Shown in pieces: positions 26,030-39,022 of a DNA stretch of 58,900 nucleotides. The position numbers were made by a program, and so were the translations under genes. The stretch is from Nemertoderma westbladi. Its lineage: Eukaryota > Animalia > Xenacoelomorpha. Positions within the stretch are counted from its first letter, which is position 1, and every line of letters starts with the position of its first letter. The stretch spans positions 1-58,900 of the forward strand of contig JAUCBJ010002206.1 in assembly GCA_032718475.1 (NCBI GenBank). The letters are read 5' to 3'. The notes below the pieces were generated by a model, which had not been told where the DNA came from, did no database searches, and saw only the letters and a list, made by a program, of their open reading frames with translations.

Positions 26030-27900
26030 TGAATCTTAAGAAAGAAAGTATCAGATTCAAAGGATTTACAATTCGGGAGGTAGAAGTTTGAAGCACTAGC
26101 TCTGGTACTGTAAGAGTGTGTATCGCGTACTCTGTTGAATTTTTGTTTTAGGTAATTGGGACATTTACCATTATACACTTTATGCACATGGTTAAGGCGT
26201 AGCTGCTTAACTCTACTATCTAAGTTAAGTAGTCCAGATTCAGAAAAGTCATCTGGAGTTAGGTGGTGCCTAGGTTTGTAGTCTTTAATAAATCGTACTA
26301 CTTTATTCTGAGCTTCTTGTAATTTACATTTAAGCTGTTTGGTTAAGCCTTCATACCAAGAAGAGCACGCATAGTCCATGTGACACTGTATTAAAGAAGA
26401 GCAAAGTAACTTGCGGGAGTCGGTGTTCAAACTATTTTTATTTCTGTATAGAAACCTAAGCCTACTGTTAACTTTCGAGAAAATATTTTTCACTGTACTT
26501 TCTCCTGATAAGCAGTTATCCAATGTAGCGCCTAAATATTTAACTTCCTTTTTATTTTCAATCTTATGTCCATTACTAGTGACTCCAAACTTAGTTACCT
26601 TCTTTAACTTTCTTTTGGAACCAAACAAAATACTTTCAGTTTTACCGTAGTGAATGGATAGCTTATTATCAACCAACCACTCATTACAGGATTCTAGAAC
26701 TGCACTTAACTTTTGGGAAATATGGATAGGATCTTTATGAGAGAAAATAAGAGCACTGTCGTCGGCATATAAAATGAGTTTAAAATCGGGATCTATACTA
26801 CTTATCATATCATTTACATAGCATACAAAAAGCAGAGGCCCTAATATACTACCTTGCGGTACACCACAGGTAATCTCTTGTACAGTAGACAGCGATTTGC
26901 TAATGACTACAGTTTGACCTCTGTCTGACAGGTAGGACTTGAACCAGTCTATAGAACCTACACCCATCAGGCCTAACTTACCAAGCAGAATTTCGTGATC
27001 TACAGTATCGAAAGCCTTTTGTAGGTCCAACATTACCATAGCAGTATATAAACCCTTTGCGTTATTACATCTAATTGTATCAGTTAAGTTAATAAGGCAG
27101 GTGTCTGTAGAATATGATTTACGAAAACCGGACTGAAGTTCATAGATCAGATTTAGCCTACTAAGATGTGCCTCCAGCTGTAGAAAAACAGAACGTTCTA
27201 GAATTTTAGATACAATACTTAAGATACTAACAGGTCTGTAATTACAGGGTTCTACTTTACTATTCTTTTTATACAGAGGAACAACCTTAGCTAATTTAAG
27301 TTCGTCTGGTACTACATTATCTACGATAGAGTAATTAATAATAAAAGTAATAGGCACTTTAAGTACTTCAGCACCATCCTTAAGAAAACGGGCAGGTATT
27401 AGGTCTAGACCGGTACTTTTTGAGGCTGATAGGCTAAGTAGATTTTTAAAAACGAAATCCTCAGAAACGGGTTTTAAAAATAACTTTTCTGAATTTTGTA
27501 ACTTTTCTAAATAAAAATTATTTAGAGTTTCGGACCCTATACTATATTTATTACTTGATAACGGTAATTTCTTAACTAAATTAGAGGCAACATTAGTAAA
27601 ATAATTATTAAATAAATTACTAACTAGAGTATGATCATGAATCAGCTCACCGTTATCTTGCAGAACAATATTCGATTTAGATTTAAGGTTTTTATAACCT
27701 AAAGATTTTAGGGTAGACCATAGACTTTTTGGATTATCTTTATTCTCACTTATTTTGTTGTACAAATATTCAGATTTAGCTTTTTTTATTTCCCGTTGGA
27801 CAAGGTTTCTATATTTGCAGTAATTATTATAATCAGCTAAAACACGGTATTTCCTAAATTTATACAAATAGTTATCTCTTTCTCTGATATTACTAAGAAT
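26030..27900 (-). mobile_element. CR1-group LINE RT, 5'-truncated (no endonuclease), frame open
   Basis: NYRPVSILS, QSGFRK.YST.T, LDLQKAFDTVDH, GVPQGSILGPLLF, LYADD and KYLG motifs. Confidence 0.93.
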
Positions 27901-30679
27901 ACCCGAGGTATGACAGAGCTTCTCTGTCAGCAAGAACAAACCTATCTTTGCAGTAGCAGTCTCATTCAGATCACCAGGGTCAATGCTCCCTATTTTCTCC
28001 ATCACAATCAGTTGGCGGCAAACATCAATGAAACTCGGGGTGAATACGGCGTTTTCATTCAAGTCTGTTACATTTTTTACCACCTTCCACAAATGGACGA
28101 AATCGTGACAAATGCATTCATATACTATGCTATTGTCTAGCATGTATGGCAGATCAGCGAGAATAATTGCCCCATGATAAAACCCGACTACGTGGTACAA
28201 TGTTGTTGCTATGAATTTACTTCTTTCAAAACCATTAAGCGCCAGATAGTTCAACTCTTCTACTTCCGCTTTAATGTCGTCCACATTAACCCTTCCATGC
28301 ATGAATTAATTTTTTTTTTCGAATTTTTTCAGAAAAACCTATTTTCTGGTATATTTTTACCTGCAAATTCAGAAAAAAATATCAAAAGTTAAAAAAAATG
28401 GTCAGTTTTTGAGCTATGGTGCGTTTTGTCTGCGTGCCATATATGGCACGATATGCATTAGAGGTAACAAAAAGTCTAAACCCTTTAGTGCATGATGGGC
28501 CATATATGGCACAATACAAAACATTTTTGCTTTTAATTTTCTTACAATTTCCTTTTTTATAATTACATAGATAAATTACAAATTAGTTTGTGTGAAATTT
28601 CCTGAAACAATTTTGATCTTTATTAAAACATAAGGCAGTTTGGCATTTTTCACAACTAACGAATGTCCTTTTATTTCAGTTTGAAAGTTTGCACCTCAGT
28701 CGTTTTGGTTCATAAGAAGGCCAATGGCCAGTGCAGTCAAGCCTGATATCGTCTCTTGGAAGTGGGGGTTCCCTTTTCCTTGGTTCTGTAGATAATGTAC
28801 TTGGGCGACCACCTCTTGCACTTGGAAATTGAGATCCAATTCGGCACATCGTCACTCCTAGACTCTCCCGAAACTCTGTGATGGTCATGTTAGAACTTGG
28901 ACCATGAACCTTCCCGAACAAGATCCAACTATTGACAATAGTTACATCTATTAGATGGTAAAACATGCGAAAATACAATTTCTTTGTCTTCATCCTTATT
29001 CGTTTTCGACTTAGGAAACTATTATGCAGGTCTACTCCTCCCATAAACCGATTGTACTCACGGATTGCAGCAGGCTGCGATACTTCTCTATATTCCCCAG
29101 CACATTCTGAAATATCTTCTACATGTTCCAATAGGCATTTCCCCAACATAACTCGATGCCACATGTTCTGCTTTATTATCATTCCATGCCACTACACGAA
29201 TATCTACACCTTTCTTTAATTTATCCTGCATCCCAGAGTCTCAGAGATCTCACAGTTATATCATCCCCCTCTTTACCTGAACCATCTGCGCCAACAATTC
29301 CTCTTCCACCCCCTCTCACTCTGACGTTTCCTCTACTACCTGCACTTTCGGCTCCAATAATTCCTCTTCCACCCCCTCTCACTCTGACGTTTCCTCTACC
29401 ACCTACACCTCCAATTCGAGCAATTCATCTTCCACCCCCTCTAACTCTGGCATTTCCTCTGACACCTGCACTTGCCGCTCCAACAATTCCTCTACCACCT
29501 CTCACTCCAAAAAAATCGCTATCACATCCACTGTCACTCTCATCCTGAACTGGCGCAATGTTGGTTACCACTTCCTCTGAATAACCTCTATCTTCCTTCC
29601 AATATCTGCCACTGACTTGATTGGAAGTCCAGGAAATCGAGTTCTCTGAATTGTCCCAAGAATAATCCGAATCTGCTGATATGACAATGTTTAATTGTTC
29701 AATGTCTTCAAGATCATCTTCCAAAAAAGAATCATCCATTTTATATTTTGCTTTTTACATATCAGGTCACACATACAAATCACACATCAATTCTATATTA
29801 CAATTAAAGTAAGCCAAATCTCTAAACAACATGTATAATTATTGAAGACATTCAACTAAATCTATAACATGTATGTACGTACAATCGAATAATTACCAGT
29901 TCACCTAAATTCCACACAAAATGTGTTATACAATAAATTGTTCAAACTAATAAAATTAAAATAACACTATATTTTTAATGTAATTTAAGAAGATATTGAC
30001 AAACTGTTGTCTAGTGCAGTAGGTTCATAAAATATTTAAAACAGAAAAGAAAATGTATAAATGATAGACTGATTGAAATATACAATAGTCTGACTATAAG
30101 TAGCTGGATTCAGGTAGACAGGTAGAGTAAACAATGTTGGTTGTCCATTTGTGGCACGCTATGCAGTAAACACGTTAACATTTCTTGAAGTCTCTATTGC
30201 ATACTGTGCCATATATGGAACACCTGTATTTTTCACTGTAACGGAGAAATTCTAAACTTTTACAATAATTTTGCATTTTTGGGTTATAAAGCGATAATTT
30301 GTTTACTATAAAATAGTTTTTTTAACCACCACTGGCATATATATCGAAAATTACAACTCATTGAAAACTGTCAATTTTTGAAATTATCAATTTTAGACCT
30401 GGCCTGTTCTAAAGCATTATAAAAATAATTCACACGCCATCTTGTGTACAGATTGTGTTTCAACTGCAAGAATATAGAATTCAAGAGATGTCCAGCAAAG
30501 ATTAGGATATTATGAGCAGATTTCCATTCTGTAGAATTAAAAATATTAGGTGTTCCATATATGGCACAGCATGCATGGAAGGGTTAAAACCACTTAGTGG
30601 TTGTTCAACACCCATAGCAGCTATGTCAACCGATTGAATTTCCTTTGAAGTTTTAAGTTTTTTCCTTACAGTTACGAAC
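27901..30679 (-). pseudogene. Orphan exon split by the piggyBac and truncated by the CR1-like LINE (pieces about 30584-30679 and 27901-28285)
   Basis: Removing the piggyBac and one TTAA gives a continuous frame after a ttttcag acceptor: FVTVRKKLKTSKEIQSVDIAAMGVEQPLSGF-NVDDIKAEVEEL... Confidence 0.7.
28290..30583 (-). mobile_element. piggyBac element with both ends, internally deleted transposase
   Basis: 14-bp TIRs CCCTTCCATGCATG (28290-28303) and CATGCATGGAAGGG (30570-30583). TTAA at 28286-28289 and 30584-30587. YNRFMGGVD, NSWIL and a Cys-rich tail lie at 28600-29182, an acidic/GR-rich N-terminus at 29250-29739, and the catalytic middle is missing. Confidence 0.95.
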
Positions 30680-33600
30680 CTGAAAAGTTAATACAAATAT
30701 ACTGTTATTAAAATCAACCAAACTTAAATACAGTATCGCATTTTCATTCATATAATCCAAAAATCCTATAATATAATCCTAATCCCTATAATTCATATAA
30801 TATTAACATGTACCGGTATTAATCGCCAGTCTCCAATTCGTTTGAAAACCTACATTTCCTTTGTGTTGTACTTTCTTCCTCTGGGGTCGATACAATGAGG
30901 ACCAGTATAATTATTGTGAGCAAAACTTGGGATAGGAGTAGCACCCACCAGTACAACGTTATTCCTGTGCTCTGCCAGAAATGGCAACCATGCTTCAAAA
31001 AATAACTATTATACAGTGTTGTAGAAACCACTGAAACCCTGTATGCCTGGCCCAGGCTATTATTAACCTGTGAGTGATTAGTTGGCCTAAATATGATATC
31101 CCACTCCATATCGAAATCTTCATCCGATCTGGTAGCTCAGTACACACATCTCAAAGCATTTTATAGTTTTTTTGGACCACTGCATGGATTGAAAGTAATA
31201 TAGAAACTTGGTGGTACTTCATTTTTGATGCACCAAAATTTGATTGCAATCAAAACTTGGGCATATTTCCGAAACTTGAATAGCCGGTTGCTGGGAATGC
31301 CAGTGGAGGGGGGGTTGTATGTAAGGGGGGTTGGTTGTATGTAACTAGCCACACGGCTGGTAGAGAGATTGGCAAGCTAGACCTAACGAGATTGAAACCT
31401 GCATTCCCTACCTCCTCCTCTGCTGGTAGGATACAGCTGTAGCATTAATTCCCCATCCATTCACTCACTCTCCATTGAACTGGCTATGACTGGAGGTGTG
31501 TGTGTATCAGGTTCAATGACATTAATATTATTACTAAAGTAACGGTGGGATTATTCACTGCAGGTATGAGTCTCTCTGGTTAGTTGAATGAATGAAATAA
31601 ATTATTGTTTTACTGTTCCGAATATCAATGTTTATTTCTGTAGGCCAATACATTATGGCCTGTACATTATAGTTTAAATTAATTATTTCACAATTTCATT
31701 CCAATTCATACTGCTTACGCGACCATGCTAATTAGGCATATTAAATGGCAGGATTGTTTTTAATTAAAATTTTTACAGAGCAAACAAGTATATTGCATTT
31801 AACTGAAAGTTAATTTATTTCGGTAAGTAGGCCTTGCGGTTTGTTAGTTTAGTTAGTATAATAAGTATTTAATATATTACGTGCTGCTGTACAGTAAACG
31901 CGGCTTTGCGTTATTGGATTACAGAATTGGCGGTACAAAGTACATTAATAGGGATCATATTGCATTTATATAATTGTTGTTGTAAATGTACAATAATATG
32001 CGCCACTTTTATTTTAGTAACTGAAATGTGTATTTCATTTGTACAGTACCTGCAACCCATTAAAAAGGGCAGCTGAACCGCGGACAGGCTGACTGTTCAG
32101 CATAAAAAAAACCCAAATCGCCGCAGTTCCACTTACAGTTCCATATTATTCCGTTTTGCTATTCAACCCAATTTATCTGCTCTCTGCTACACGCGGTTTT
32201 ATCCACGAGTTTTGTAAAGTCCCGACTTATCGGGAATGACATGAACTTAGCTTCCGGAATATTCTGAACAGATTAAATCTACTTGGCGCTGTAATACTGC
32301 ATCCCGTTGTACCAGAAGTTATTAAAACATACCGGCCCCTCAAATGCGCTTGCAGTGGGATAGAGAACAACAAATACCGCCCCAGTACAACCGCTATTTT
32401 GATAAGGTCCAATATATAATATATATATATATGGTCCAACATATGATAGTTCACTAATCAGCTAATAGGCCTATTTATTCGTGAGATTTCAATTTATAAA
32501 TAAAACTAATATACGAGCTCATATGAGCTCAATTGATTGATTGATTGATTGAAGGTATGACCGTTGTTGTGGGGAACTAGGTCTACCTGTCTAGCAGCTA
32601 ATAACTCGTCCGTGGAGAGAATAATATAAGTCGAGGAACATAACGAAACGCGTTTAATTTATTTATTTATTCCAATTGGGGATTCTTTCTAACGCGGTAA
32701 TGCGGTGCTATTAAACATCAACACATTCCTGCGCGTGCGTCGATATTGTGCACCCTAATACTAACAACCCACCCAGACACCCCCTACCCCTCACCCCCCC
32801 CCCCCCCCCCCCCCCCCCCCCATCACCCAACATTACTATGTGCAGATCAATGCAGCTCAATATATTAGTAAAGGTATCGTCTGATTAGCTTTCCTACACA
32901 TGACCTCTTATCCTTGTAGTTGTTTATTTATTTACACTATTTTTTGTTGAGTAAATCTTTCTGATAGGGGGGGGGGGGGGGACGACGACTTACTCTGGAC
33001 GAGCGCAACGATTGAACGACGCTTATAATAATTAAGACGAGTACGGCGTTGATTTTATTCCTATAAACCATCTGGCTTTGCATATTTAAAGTGCGATTGG
33101 AAATAAGTTTGTGCTACCCTTCCGTGTGGGGGGGGGGGGGGGGGGGGGGTTAAAAGGGGTGAACACGTACTGTCCCCCTTTCTTTGATTGATTGGTGGTG
33201 TGGGTAAATTTCTCAAAACCTGATTTTGTGATACAGTCGCTCAATTTTAATTTGTATCTAATAACTGGGCCTCGTGCTGCGCGAAGGCCCCACGAACGTG
33301 TTGTATTACATCTAACCAATATTAGTTAACTTCTCTACCTTCATGAAGAGCCTATGAATTTCGATGGTTACAGCAAATAATTCCACTCTGCTACTAATGA
33401 CTCACCAGCAGATAGCTTTTCCAGCGCCCTTCATTGATTGGCTAAACTCTTGGCTATCATTTGGTTACTTGTTATGCCTGCACTGCCTATAAGCAAACCA
33501 ACAACAATATTCTTTACATTATTAATGTTCTGGGTTTGGGTATTGCGTTATTTTATATATATAGCTAATGGTCTGAATGTAGATCAATCGCACTTTTCTT

Positions 33601-33882
33601 CATATTTGTTTTTAGGCCTAAGGCAGCAAGGCAGGTAGCAAATGTAGCATACTGTAACCGTATATTTATATTAATTAATTGCTTTGATTTTAGGTGTAAG
33701 CGTAAGTACTTTGTAAACATAGGCCTGTCTACCTGTTGCTTCTATGCTATACCTATCAGTTCAGTACATGATAGGCCAATACTTAGGCTGTTAGGCCACC
33801 AGTATTGGTTATGTGGTTTGGAAGCAGTGGAATTGTGCACTGGAAGGCACCCAACCACCCAGGTAGTGGTATGGTGGTACTT

Positions 33883-36800
33883 TATAATAATAATAATGAT
33901 GCATTTGTATAGCGCCGAATTTACAACAATAGAAGTATGCTAAGGCGCTTACGTCACAAGCAATATAACATTAAAACTAGCAGTGCAAGTAGTACAGAAA
34001 TTAAAAAATTATAGTCGTCACTAACGATAAAACGTGCAGTTCGAAATGACTAAAAGTTATTACAATCGTTAAAAAGTGGAACATACAGTACAAATTGATA
34101 AATATACTCGCCGTAAATGAAACGTACAGTAAAAAATATGTAATAAAAAAATTAATTAGCATAGTTAAAAAGTGTAGTTGACGGACGTACTGAAACAATA
34201 AAAACGAGCGATGGGGTAATAAAATGAACAGAAACACTAAAAAACGCATGAAGAACAAATTAAAAAAGAAGTTTACAGTTTTTGGAGAGTTGATTGAATA
34301 TCTAGAGTTGGAATAAAATAATTAGAGAGTTCATGATTTGGAGTTTAATTATATGCAATTTCAAAAAGATGTGTTTTGAGTCGCTGTTTAAAAATTGTGG
34401 TGTCGGAAATCGAGCGGATATCTTTTGGGAGTTTGTTCCAGAGTCGTGGGGCGGCTACTGGGAATGCCCGGCGCCCTAGGGTTTGACAGTTGAATCGCGG
34501 CTCAACGAAAGTGAGTGTAGAGCAATTCCTTGTAGTGTTGTTATTGCGATTGACCCGGACAAGCATGTCAGATATGTACTGTGGTGCGTGACCTAAGGTG
34601 GACTTGTGGACAAGGAGAAGCAATTTAAACTCAATGCGTTTACGCACTGGTAGCCAATGTAATTCTTTGAGACTCGGCGTAATGTGGTCATACTTGTGAA
34701 CCCTAGTTAGTAGGCGGGCGGCCGAGTTTTGCACACGTTGCAATTTTGCTAGTTGGTAGCTAGACACCCCATAGAGGAGGCCGTTACAGTAGTCAATCCG
34801 ACTTGAAATAAGTGAATGTATAACTGTTTTAGCGGACTTTTGGTCAAGAAAGTTGATGATACGGCGAATATTATGGATGTGGAAGAACGCGGCATTACAA
34901 GTTTTGGATATGAATTTTCCCATGGTGAGATTTGGATCGAACCATGTGCCGAGGTTCTTTACAAATTTTGCAGGGCGTATTTTAAAGTTACCAACGTTTA
35001 GGTATTGTGTAGATACTTTAGAGAGTTGTTGAGGTGTTCCCAGTATTATGAACTCGGTTTTATCATCGTTTATTTTAAGTTTGTTTACAATAAACCACCT
35101 ACGTATATCTGCAATACATCTCTGGAGGGCTTGTAATGCATCTGTTTCGTTGGATTCACTTGATGGCTGAAACGCATGGTATGTTTGTTTGTCATCAGCA
35201 TATCCATGTAAGGCGATTGGCAAGTGGTTCTCAATGATAGTAAATAGACCCCGCCCGAAATTACTGAAATAGTGACAGGATAAGCATGCACCCTGGGGGA
35301 AGCCGTATTCCAATACGTGTTCTCTGGAATTGGAACCGAGAGTTGTTACGTGTTGGCGGCGCCCCCGGAGGAAGGATGAGAACCACCGTAGACATGTGCC
35401 GCAAATTCCCAGGTCAGATTCGAACACACGCAGAAGGCGATCGTGGTCGACGGTGTCGAAGGCGGAGCTGAGATCTAGAAGTACTAGAAATGTCACTTTT
35501 TTCTTATCCATGTTTATAAGAATATCTGATTGGACTTTAATCAGTGCTGTTTCTGTGCTATGAAATTTTCGATATCCAGATTCGTTGGTTGGCAAGGGAT
35601 GATGTTCGTTTATATAGGGGAGAAATTGCGACACCACCGCTCTTTCTGCAATTTTTGAAACGAAGGGCAAACCGCTAACAGGTCGGAAGTTAAACTTCAG
35701 AGTCGAGTCAAGACTAACTTTTTTTAGTAATGGAGAGACCTGCGCTGTTTTCCAAATATCTGGGACTGTACCACTCTGCAGAGAGTTATTAGTCATAATT
35801 GTTATGGGTGTGCAAAGACTTGAAATGCAATGTTTTAGCGTACTTGTAGGTAATGGGTCTAGAGGGCATTGTGTATTTGGGGCAGATTTTATTAGTTTTA
35901 TAATGCTAGGTGTGGACAGTACTTTAAAGGATGAGAGTGACGCGCTGGCCACAGAGTTGTCTGGTTCGGTAATGCTTAATGTACCATCTGGTTCAAAGCT
36001 GCAAAGGGGATCGCGTATTCCAGATTCAGTCGCATTCATTTCGTCTAGATTATCTCTGATAATTTGTATCTTTGTAGCAAAGTGGTCAGCGAACATGTTG
36101 GCTAGTTCGGTAGGAGAGCTGTGGGCGGGATAAGTAATATTTTTATGTTGCTTTGCAAGCGACCTAACCAGGCTGAACAGCGCCTTCTGATCACCATTAC
36201 ATGCATCAATCTCGCCCCGGTAAAAGGATCTACGGTCGGAAATTAATTGTGCTGTGTATAGTTTCCTAATTCGTTTGAATTCCGCCCTGTCAGTAGGTGA
36301 TTTCGATTGCCGCCAACGCCGTTCAGCAGTCCGGCGTTGGGACTTCAGTTTCCTAGCGTTCCCGGTGAACCATTTTGGACCAGAGCGTTCAGTAATTGAT
36401 TTGGTCTTTATTGGGGCGTGTTTGTCAATCAATGCAGAAAGCGTTTTATTGTAGGTTAATGCCTGTTCATCAATGTTGAGAGCGGTAAATGATGGTTTAC
36501 AGAGATCTGAGTTGCATATATCCCTGTTCAAATCGTCAACTACTACTGACCCTATATTTCGAAATTGAATAGTTTTAGGAATAGATTGGGGCTTCGGTAT
36601 AGAAATGAGGCATTGCACCACACAGTGATCGGAAACGTAATACGATCCGGTCGGTGGGCTTACAGTCAAATCGCCGCAATTTCTAGTCATTATTAGGTCA
36701 AGTGTGTGTCCGGATTCGTGGGTTGGGATGGAAACGTGTTGTTGTAAGCCTATACTGTCAAGAATGTCCAAAAACTTAGATGCATCGTAATTATCTTCTA

Positions 36801-37300
36801 TGTCTACATGTATATTAAAGTCGCCTACCACAATTAGTCGCTCCTCACAGCAAAGCCATGGTTCGATGAATTTCGGGAATTCGTCAAAAAACGTTAAGCA
36901 TGTAATGGGATGAGCTGTACTATATGGTGGGCGGTATATAACGACCAAACATAGTTTGGTGTTAGAAGATTTAATGGACCATACTGAGTATTCGAATGAG
37001 CTATTTTCGTTAGTGCTGTGCAGTGTGTAGTGTAATGAGTCTTTTAGAATTACACCGGTGCCTCCACCAGGGCGGTTAAGCCGTGGTGAGTCATCGATAG
37101 TGTATCCCTTTGGAGCGCAAAGGTTCTTTGCCACTGTATCGTTAGCGCTGAACCAGGTTTCTGTTAGCGCGCATATGTCAATATTATTGTTGGAAATAAA
37201 TTCCACAATCTCGGCGCTTTTGTTTCGGGCTGACCTGGGGTTCATAATGCAAAGGTGAAGTGAGTTGCCAGGTAACATGTTGATATGAGTAATTACTTTA
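33883..37300 (-). mobile_element. L2-clade LINE with uninterrupted APE + RT ORF2 and complete 3' end
   Basis: NPRS, LTETW, YRPP, GDFN, TLDL and SDH (APE), then LLDLSSAFDTVDH, GFPQG, GYADD and LHWLPV (RT); stop at 34345. The 3' UTR ends in GCGCC...GGCGCTATACAAATGCATC(ATT)n. Confidence 0.93.
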
Positions 37301-37304
37301 GCAT

Positions 37305-39022
37305 TAACATTAGGTACTTTGCCGGGTGTCGCGACAACATTGGGTACATTAACATTAGCTACAATGCCGGGTGCCGCAACAACAATAGCATTTGGTACAT
37401 TCACATTAGGTACAGTGCCGGGTGTCGCAACACCATTGGGTACATTAACATTAGGTACAGTGCCGAGTGTCGCAACAACAATAACATTGGGTACATTAAC
37501 ATTAGGTACATTGCCGCGTGTCGCAACAACATTAACATTAGGTACAGTGCCGGGTGTCGCAACAACATTAACACAGGGTACATTAACATTAGGTACAATA
37601 CCGGGTGTCGCAACAACATTGGGTACATTTACATTAGGTACAGTGCCGGGTGTCGCAACAACATTAACACAGGGTACATTAACATTAGGTACAGTGCAGG
37701 TTGTCGCAACAGCATTATCACAGGGTACATTAACATTAGCTACAATGCCGGGTGTCGCAACAACAATAGCATTTGGTACGTTCACATTAGGTACAGTGCC
37801 GGGTGTCGCAACAACATTGGGTACATTAACATTAGGTACAGTGCCGAGTGTCGCAACAACAATAACATTGGGTACATTAACATTAGGTACATTGCCGCGT
37901 GTCGCAACAACATTAACATTAGGTACAGTGTCGGGTGTCGCAACAACATTAACACAGGGTACATTAACAGTAGGAATATTGCCGCGTGTCGCAACGACAT
38001 TAACATTAGGTACAGTGTCGGGTGTCGCAACAACAATAGCATTTGGTACATTCACATTAGGTACAGTGCCGGGTGTCGCAACAACATTGGGTACATTAAC
38101 ATTAGGCACAGTGCCGGGTGTCGCAACAATATTGGGTACATTAACATTAGGTACATTGCCGGGTGTCGCAACAACATTGGGCACCTTAACAGTAGGTACA
38201 GTGCCGGGTGTCGCAACAACATTAACACAGGGTACATTAACATTAGGTACAATGCCGGGTGTCGCAATAACATTAACACAGGGTACATTAACATTAGGTA
38301 CAATGCCGGGTGTCGCAACAACATTGGGTACATTAACATTAGGTACAATGCCGGGTGTCGCAACAACATTGGGTACATTAACATTAGGTACAATGCCGGG
38401 TGTCGCAACAACATTGGGTACATTAACATTAGGTACAGTGCCGGGTGACGCAACAACATTGGGTACATTAACATTAGGTACAGTGCCGGGTGTCGCAAAA
38501 ACATTGGGTACATTAACATTAGGTACAGTGCCGGGTGTCGCAACAACATTGGGTACATTAACAGTAGGTACAGTGCCGGGTGTCGCAACAGCATTTGGTA
38601 CATTAACATTAGATACAGTGCCGGGTGACGCAACAACATTGGGTACATTAACATTAGGTACAGTGCCGGGTGTCGCAAAAACATTGGGTACATTAACATT
38701 AGGTACAGTGCCGGGTGTCGCAACAACATTGGGTACATTAACAGTAGGTACAGTGCCGGGTGTCGCAACAGCATTTGGTACATTAACATTAGATACAGTG
38801 CCGGGTGTCGCAACAACAATAGCATTTGGTACATTCACGTTAGGTACAGTGCCGGGTGACGCAATAACATTGGGTACATTTACATTAGGTACAGTGCCGA
38901 GTGTCGCAACAACATTGTGTACATTAACATTAGGTACATTGCCGGGTGTCGCAACAACATTGGGTACATTAACAGTAGGTACAGTGCCAGGTGTCGCAAC
39001 AACATTAACACAGGGTACATTA
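37305..39022. repeat. 45-bp-based minisatellite (36/45/54-bp variants), in frame with L2 ORF2
   Basis: The - strand reads (NVNVPNVVATPGTVP)n and the + strand is open too. Unit length variants are multiples of 3. Confidence 0.95.
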
